A stretch of DNA of 64,000 nt from the human T2T-CHM13v2.0 reference genome, Homo sapiens, in NCBI RefSeq assembly GCF_009914755.1, contig NC_060935.1. The stretch is one strand, 5' to 3'. The notes under the pieces were generated by a model, which made no database searches, was not told where the DNA came from, and saw only the letters and a program-made list of their open reading frames with translations. The translations under genes were made by a program, and so were the position numbers. Positions 34,733 to 64,000 of the stretch are shown here, piece by piece; position 1 is the stretch's first letter, and each line of letters opens with the position of its first letter.

Positions 34733-37700
34733 GTGAGTGCATTGGCTGGGGCTTGGAGGGAAGTTGGGCTGGAGCTGGACAGGAGCAGTGGGTGCATTTC
34801 AGGCAGGCTCTCCTGAGGTCCCAGGCGCCAGCTCCAGCTCCCTGGCTAGGGAAACCCACCCTCTCAGTCAGCATGGGGGCCCAAGCTCCAGGCAGGGTGG
34901 GCTGGATCACTAGCGTCCTGGATCTCTCTCAGACTGGGCAGCCCCGGGCTCATTGAAATGCCCCGGATGACTTGGCTAGTGCAGAGGAATTGATGGAAAC
35001 CACCGGGGTGAGAGGGAGGCTCCCCATCTCAGCCAGCCACATCCACAAGGTGTGTGTAAGGGTGCAGGCGCCGGCCGGTTAGGCCAAGGCTCTACTGTCT
35101 GTTGCCCCTCCAGGAGAACTTCCAAGGAGGTGAGTGTGTGAACGCACCTGTGTTGGAGCACGGTGTCCCACTCTGGCGGGTCCCCAGGGCCTGAGCAGCA
35201 GCGATAGCCCTGTGACAATGTGAAGGGCCACAGAACTCTTGTATTCCAGTCAGGGGCAAAGAGTGGAGACGGAAGGCCTGTCCTTCTGACAAGCAGCCCC
35301 TTCCACTGTCTGACAGTGGGAGGTCACCCCCACTGTAGCAGAGGGGTGGGGGGCGGGTACTGCCAAGGAGGAGCTTTGGAGTGATAGGCGGGGCAGGCCT
35401 GGGACCCTTGGTCTTTCCCAAAGGGTGGTTCCCTTTCAAAGTTGCTATTCCAAAGGTAGCAGTGAGGATGGCACAAATTTATGTAGCCAGGCCACTCCTG
35501 TTTGTCCGTGGAGTGGAGAGGAGCCACCCTCCTGCCCTCTCAGAGGTCCAGGTGTGCTCACTCCTATTTGGGAAGAGAGAAGGGGCACAGCAGCCCTGCA
35601 GGGGCCCCTGGCTCTGCTCGTGTTTCTGGGCTTCTGCTGGTAGGGGGTGCGACCTTCCCGTTTGACCCTGGACTTTCTTTCTCCACTGCCCACTTTCACC
35701 CACTGGGCAGCTCAGGGGAGGGGTCCTGGCAGGAGCCACAGGGCAGGAGGGTCCATGCCTGTCCATGCTGTCCTGGGAGTGTCTTGAGATGCCCCTGGGG
35801 GGGCCGCCCTGTAATCATCCTCCTCTCCCCCTCCCCACTGGCTCGAAGGCAGGACTCGGGAGGCTTCATCAGAGGACTCTAAAGGATTTCTGGGGATTCT
35901 CCACTTTTCGACCCTGACCCAGGAGGAGGAAGGGGAAGGATGGTGGTGCTGGGTGGGAGTGGGGATGGTGTGTGCTTCATCCCCCTCTGACCGAAATCCT
36001 AATCTTGTCTCTAGATCTGGGGGCTGCAGTGTTGTGTACCTGTCACCCTTAGCCTTGCTGCTTTGACCTGTATTGTCTGTTCTGACCCTCCTGAGACTGG
36101 AAGCTGGGGGTAGGGGACACACTCTCCTTCCATCCTGTTCCTCAGGAGCCCAGCAGGGGTGCAGAAGGGGAAGGCAGACATGAGGGCAGGTGGAGTGGGG
36201 GTAGAAGCAGGGCCAGAGACAGAAGGTGGATGCCTGTCTGGGATGGTGGTGCAAAGGCTGAGACAGAGGCTGGGGTGGATGGAAGCCAGGATGCAGGGCT
36301 ACCAAAATCACCTGGTCCCAGCTGACTTGGGGGTTTGGACCATAGTTCTTTGTGCAGGAGTCCTTGGGTGGTTGGGGAGCGGGGGTGGGACACACAGGGT
36401 GAAGGGAGGGATTGGCTGTTTGTAGCTGAACAGCAGAACAGAGCACTCTGCCTTTGGGGTCTCTGGCATCACTGGCAGGGAGAGGGGTGGCTGGGCCAGG
36501 AGCCCACCTCATCCCCAGTGCTCAGAGAACTGGGTCCTCAGAAGTGGTCCCGCCCCCACTTTACACATAAGGAAACAGACGCAAGGAGGAGAGGGATGCC
36601 CAATGACGGGCACTTCGATGAGTCCGTGTGAACTCTGTTCCGTGTGAGCTGCTGCGCGCTCAGGGAATGATTGTGAGAAGCGGGTGGAGGCTGGAGTGGG
36701 CAGCAAAGAACTGACATTTTGAGGTCAGTTTTTCACTCCTTGGTCAAGGGCAGGCTCTCTCCCTGGTCATTACCAGGAGCCTGGCTCCGGGCAGCAAAGA
36801 ACTGACATTTCGAGGAGCTCTGCTAAGGGCCAGGCAGTATGTGAGGGAGTTCACAGACACCGTCCCATTTTCACAGCCCTCTGAGGTTGGTAACATAACC
36901 CCCACTTCACAGATGAGGAACTCCAGCCCAGAAAGCCTGTCAGCCCTGAGAAAGGAAGGGCAGGGCATCGGGCTGGGCAGCTGGCCTGGGACCAGTGGGG
37001 TGTGATAGTGTTGGCTCTGCTTCCCGCGGGTGGGGTGCCAGTGGGGAGGGGTCTCACCAGAGAGGGAGCCGGGGGAGTGCGCTCCTGCGTCCATCCTCAG
37101 ACCAGCGTGTCCCTCCCAACCTCTGACCCCTCTGAGGCCAGGGGATGGGTTCGGCTTCCTTTGGTACCTCTTTTGGAAGTCTCTTCAGACAAACACTGGA
37201 GAGAAGGCACAGCACCCTAGGGTGACATCAGTGGACAGGTCAGTTTCCTGTTCCTGTTCCCAGCCACCCCTGTCTGTCTGCCCAGGGACCTACCTGCCTG
37301 GCCCACTCCTGCTGCCACCCCTCTCCATGAGTGGGACTCCTGAGCAGTGCCAGGCCCAGGCCCTCAGGGTGGCAGTTGCTGGATGGGGCCAGGCTTCCCA
37401 TTCCCTGGCAGGCAGACTCTTGGCTCTGGAAGATCCCTGGGGGACTCTGACTTCTTGGTTACTCAGGCTACTCCGTAAGGGTAGCCTTACGAGAGCGTAA
37501 GGGCATGAGGGGAAGTCGATGGGTAGACCAGGTGTCTCTGATTTCTCTGAGGAAATGCAGCTTCTTTGCCAAGAACTCTTGGGCTTTGGTGGCTTCGTCG
37601 CCCTTGCCTGGGGTGGGCGAGTTTTAGTCTCTTCAGCTGCAGACCAGAAGCTGAGCTGACCTGAAAAGAGCTGGAGTTCTGGAGTTCGGGCTTCCAGGCC

Positions 37701-37876
37701 AGGGCCTGCTTCTGGGTGAGAGTGGGAGGTAATGGTTGCTTGAGGCAGAGGCAGTAAACCCTCACACCCGCAGCTGGACAAAGGCACCAGCTGGCTGTAT
37801 TCTGTGGGGGCAATGTGGCTTCTGGAAGGTCTCTCCAGTGGCTCTGTAGCTGGTCTTGGCAAAGAATGTTCTAGAC

Positions 37877-38080
37877 CAAGGGTTGTCAAACTACAGCTCA
37901 TGGGCCAAATCCAGCCTGCTGTCTGCTTTTGTAAGTAAAGTTTTATTGGAACAAAGCCATGTTCATTTGTTACATATTGTCTATGGCTGCTTTCACACTG
38001 CAACAGCAGAGACCATGTGTCCTGCAAAGCCTAAAATATGTTCTGTCTTATCCTTTACAAAAACAGTTTACTGACCCCTG
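37877..38080. mobile_element. MER58A-like hAT MITE in TAGLN intron 1
   Basis: TIRs caagggttgtcaaact / agtttactgacccctg; 8-bp TSD ttctagac / ctctagac. Confidence 0.85.
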
Positions 38081-38298
38081 CTCTAGACCTCCAAAGACCT
38101 GGTATCCTCTTTCCTGGTGTTCAAGTTCAGAGAGGTGTCTGGAGTAGGGGCTGAGCCTGGCCTGGATGGGCAGTGCTGTGACAAGTGTCTAGGATGGCCG
38201 GGTATCCTGCACAGAGCTAGAAGGCTGCCTGGCACGGGTGAAAGCAGAGCTGCTCCCTGACCCTCTGCCCCTCCCTCCTCCACCCTGGCCTGCTTTAG

Positions 38299-39656
<1,358 letters not shown>

Positions 39657-40382
39657 AGCGGAGAGGGCTAGCCCTGAGCCCGGCCCTCCCCCAGCTCCTT
39701 GGCTGCAGCCATCCCGCTTAGCCTGCCTCACCCACACCCGTGTGGTACCTTCAGCCCTGGCCAAGCTTTGAGGCTCTGTCACTGAGCAATGGTAACTGCA
39801 CCTGGGCAGCTCCTCCCTGTGCCCCCAGCCTCAGCCCAACTTCTTACCCGAAAGCATCACTGCCTTGGCCCCTCCCTCCCGGCTGCCCCCATCACCTCTA
39901 CTGTCTCCTCCCTGGGCTAAGCAGGGGAGAAGCGGGCTGGGGGTAGCCTGGATGTGGGCCAAGTCCACTGTCCTCCTTGGCGGCAAAAGCCCATTGAAGA
40001 AGAACCAGCCCAGCCTGCCCCCTATCTTGTCCTGGAATATTTTTGGGGTTGGAACTCAAAAAAAAAAAAAAAAAATCAATCTTTTCTCAGGCCTGGCTGG
40101 CAGAGTTTGATTTGCCCTGGTCACTTTTGTTATGGTTTCAGATCTGCGCAGGGGACAGGCAGGCATCTCGGGCTTGTATGTGTTCCTGGCTGCCGTCCTC
40201 TGAAGGACCCTTCATGTGCCAAGATTCCAGGACAGTCAGATTCTTTCAGAGGAAACAGGCCATAGAACAGGAGAGTGAATCTTGGGGACCGAAGGGAAAA
40301 AGGAGCCACTCAGCAGCATGCAGTGGCTTTGGGGAGACAGAGGAAAGGAGAGATTGCGAGTGGCAGAATTGTTTGGAAGGTT

Positions 40383-40388
40383 TTTATT
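40383..40388 (-). terminator. PCSK7: PCSK7 polyadenylation signal (AATAAA on minus strand)
   Basis: TTTATT on + strand, about 0.9 kb past the PCSK7 stop, preceded by U-rich minus-strand sequence. Confidence 0.8.
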
Positions 40389-41293
40389 TTGGAAAAGCTG
40401 TGCAGAAAAAAATTCAAGAAAATGTTGCTGTGAAAAGAGAAAAACAAATCTTAAGCATTAAAAAAAATTCAACCAACTAGCTCAGAAGAGGGGAGAAGGC
40501 CAAGGTTGAGAGAAGAGTCACAGCCTGTCAGGCAGATAGCTGGCCTCCGGCGGGAAGGCCATTTCCCTGAGCACTTGCAGAGGAAGACAGGGTGGTGGCA
40601 GGACTGGAGTGGCAGTGGCTCCCAAGGCTCTCTCCTCCAACATGTGCATCTGCCATCTGCTCTGCAGTCCTGCCGCAGGATTCCCTAGTGAAGCAGCTCA
40701 GGCCTGGGGGAGCCGTGTGTATCCCAGCTGTGCCGGCAGCATCATACCAATCGTGGGGGTGGTGAAGGAGCCAGGGGTTCATTCATGGTTGGTTTCTGAT
40801 CAGGCATCTTGGGAATGGATAATGGAGGCAGCCGCTTTCAGGACAGGCATGTCCAGGGGCTCCTCCCAGCCTCTACCCCGAAGTCCTCTTCCCAAGTGAC
40901 CCCAGTGATGTTTCCATTGAGATGCGCTCCTGGCTATGGCAGGCACCTTCTCAACTTATATGTGGGAAGGGGTCCCCCATGCTTGGGGGACCTAGGCAGC
41001 TGGCTTGGCCCAAGAGAGATGAGGATGGAGGCCAAACCAAAGGGGGGCGCCAATCCCCTGTCCAACACCTTCTCACCAAAAGCTCCCGTTTGGCTGGAGG
41101 CAGACCCTGTGGCTCTGACCAGACTTCTCTGGCAGCAATCCTCCACCATTTGTATCTTAAGAAGGCCCTCACCCTCTTTGAGTGGAGTCAGAGGATGCCT
41201 CAGATTCCAGATGTAAGCATCAGAACTGCTTTCTGTCAAGAGCTCCCTAATTTTGGGAAAGAAGAGCCTGTCCCACACTGTCAGGCCCTGAGG

Positions 41294-63647
<22,354 letters not shown>

Positions 63648-63908
63648 CTGTAAGAGAGACAGGATGGGAATACAGTGACACATAGCACAGCCCAGAGGGA
63701 GATGAAGTTATAGCTAGCAGCCCCTTTTCACCCTTGGCCTCCACCAAAGAGCCAGACAGATTGCAGACCAATAGGTCAGGTGGGAACAGAGTCAAGGAGG
63801 AGCAGGTGAGAGCTCTGCCACAGCCTTGGATTCTAGGAAAGTTTGTCATCAGTCATGGGGGATTCGGGATAAAATGGTAGCTAGGGTGAAGGGTTGGATG
63901 ATACACTT

Positions 63909-64000
63909 CTTTTTTTTTTTTTTTTTTTGAGACGGAGTCTTGCTCTGTCACCCAGGCTGGAGTGTGGAGTGCAGTGGCAGGATCTCGGCTCACTGCAAGC
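63909..64000 (-). mobile_element. Alu truncated by the window end
   Basis: Poly-T + gagacggagtcttgctctgtcacccagg. Confidence 0.9.

Noticed and set aside
35712-36512. 266-aa minus-strand ORF in TAGLN intron 1 (also the 245-aa ORF at 37290-38027)
   Set aside because: Pro/His/Ser-biased, no recognisable domain, and the second runs through a MER58. An antisense lncRNA may exist here but I cannot support it from sequence.
39688-39702. 15-mer CCCCCAGCTCCTTGG in the TAGLN 3'UTR is the exact reverse complement of the intron 12 repeat core
   Set aside because: Short and GC-rich, found by post hoc search, and beyond the PCSK7 poly(A) signal, so cis pairing is unlikely. Probably chance.

Overview
Human-type genomic DNA (Alu-rich, GT-AG introns). 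From the translated exons I recognise it as the chr11q23.3 cluster PAFAH1B2 - SIDT2 - TAGLN - PCSK7. The + strand carries the last coding exon and long 3'UTR of PAFAH1B2 plus two alternative downstream exons, the complete SIDT2 gene (CpG-island promoter; 26 coding exons that splice by hand to 2499 nt = 832 aa + stop), and the complete TAGLN/SM22alpha gene (two-CArG promoter; 201 aa). The - strand carries PCSK7 coding exons 4-17 (residues 157-785, whole catalytic triad), converging tail-to-tail on TAGLN. About 35 Alus plus MIR, L2, L1 and MER relics fill the introns. No new protein-coding gene is supported. The most interesting unexplained structure is a repeat-free island in PCSK7 intron 12 (about 52030-53760). 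It has five co-oriented CATTCC (TEAD/MCAT) motifs, a CArG box identical to the TAGLN distal CArG, a second CArG, a bipartite 40+25 bp direct repeat bracketing the cluster, and cryptic exon-like segments. Also notable are an in-frame 12-nt microexon and a 63-nt cassette in the SIDT2 cytosolic loop, a hairpin over the SIDT2 exon 7 acceptor, a dual-frame PAFAH1B2 terminal exon, and the lack of a poly(A) hexamer for TAGLN before it runs into PCSK7. Gene names and residue numbering rely on recalled knowledge; repeat boundaries are approximate.
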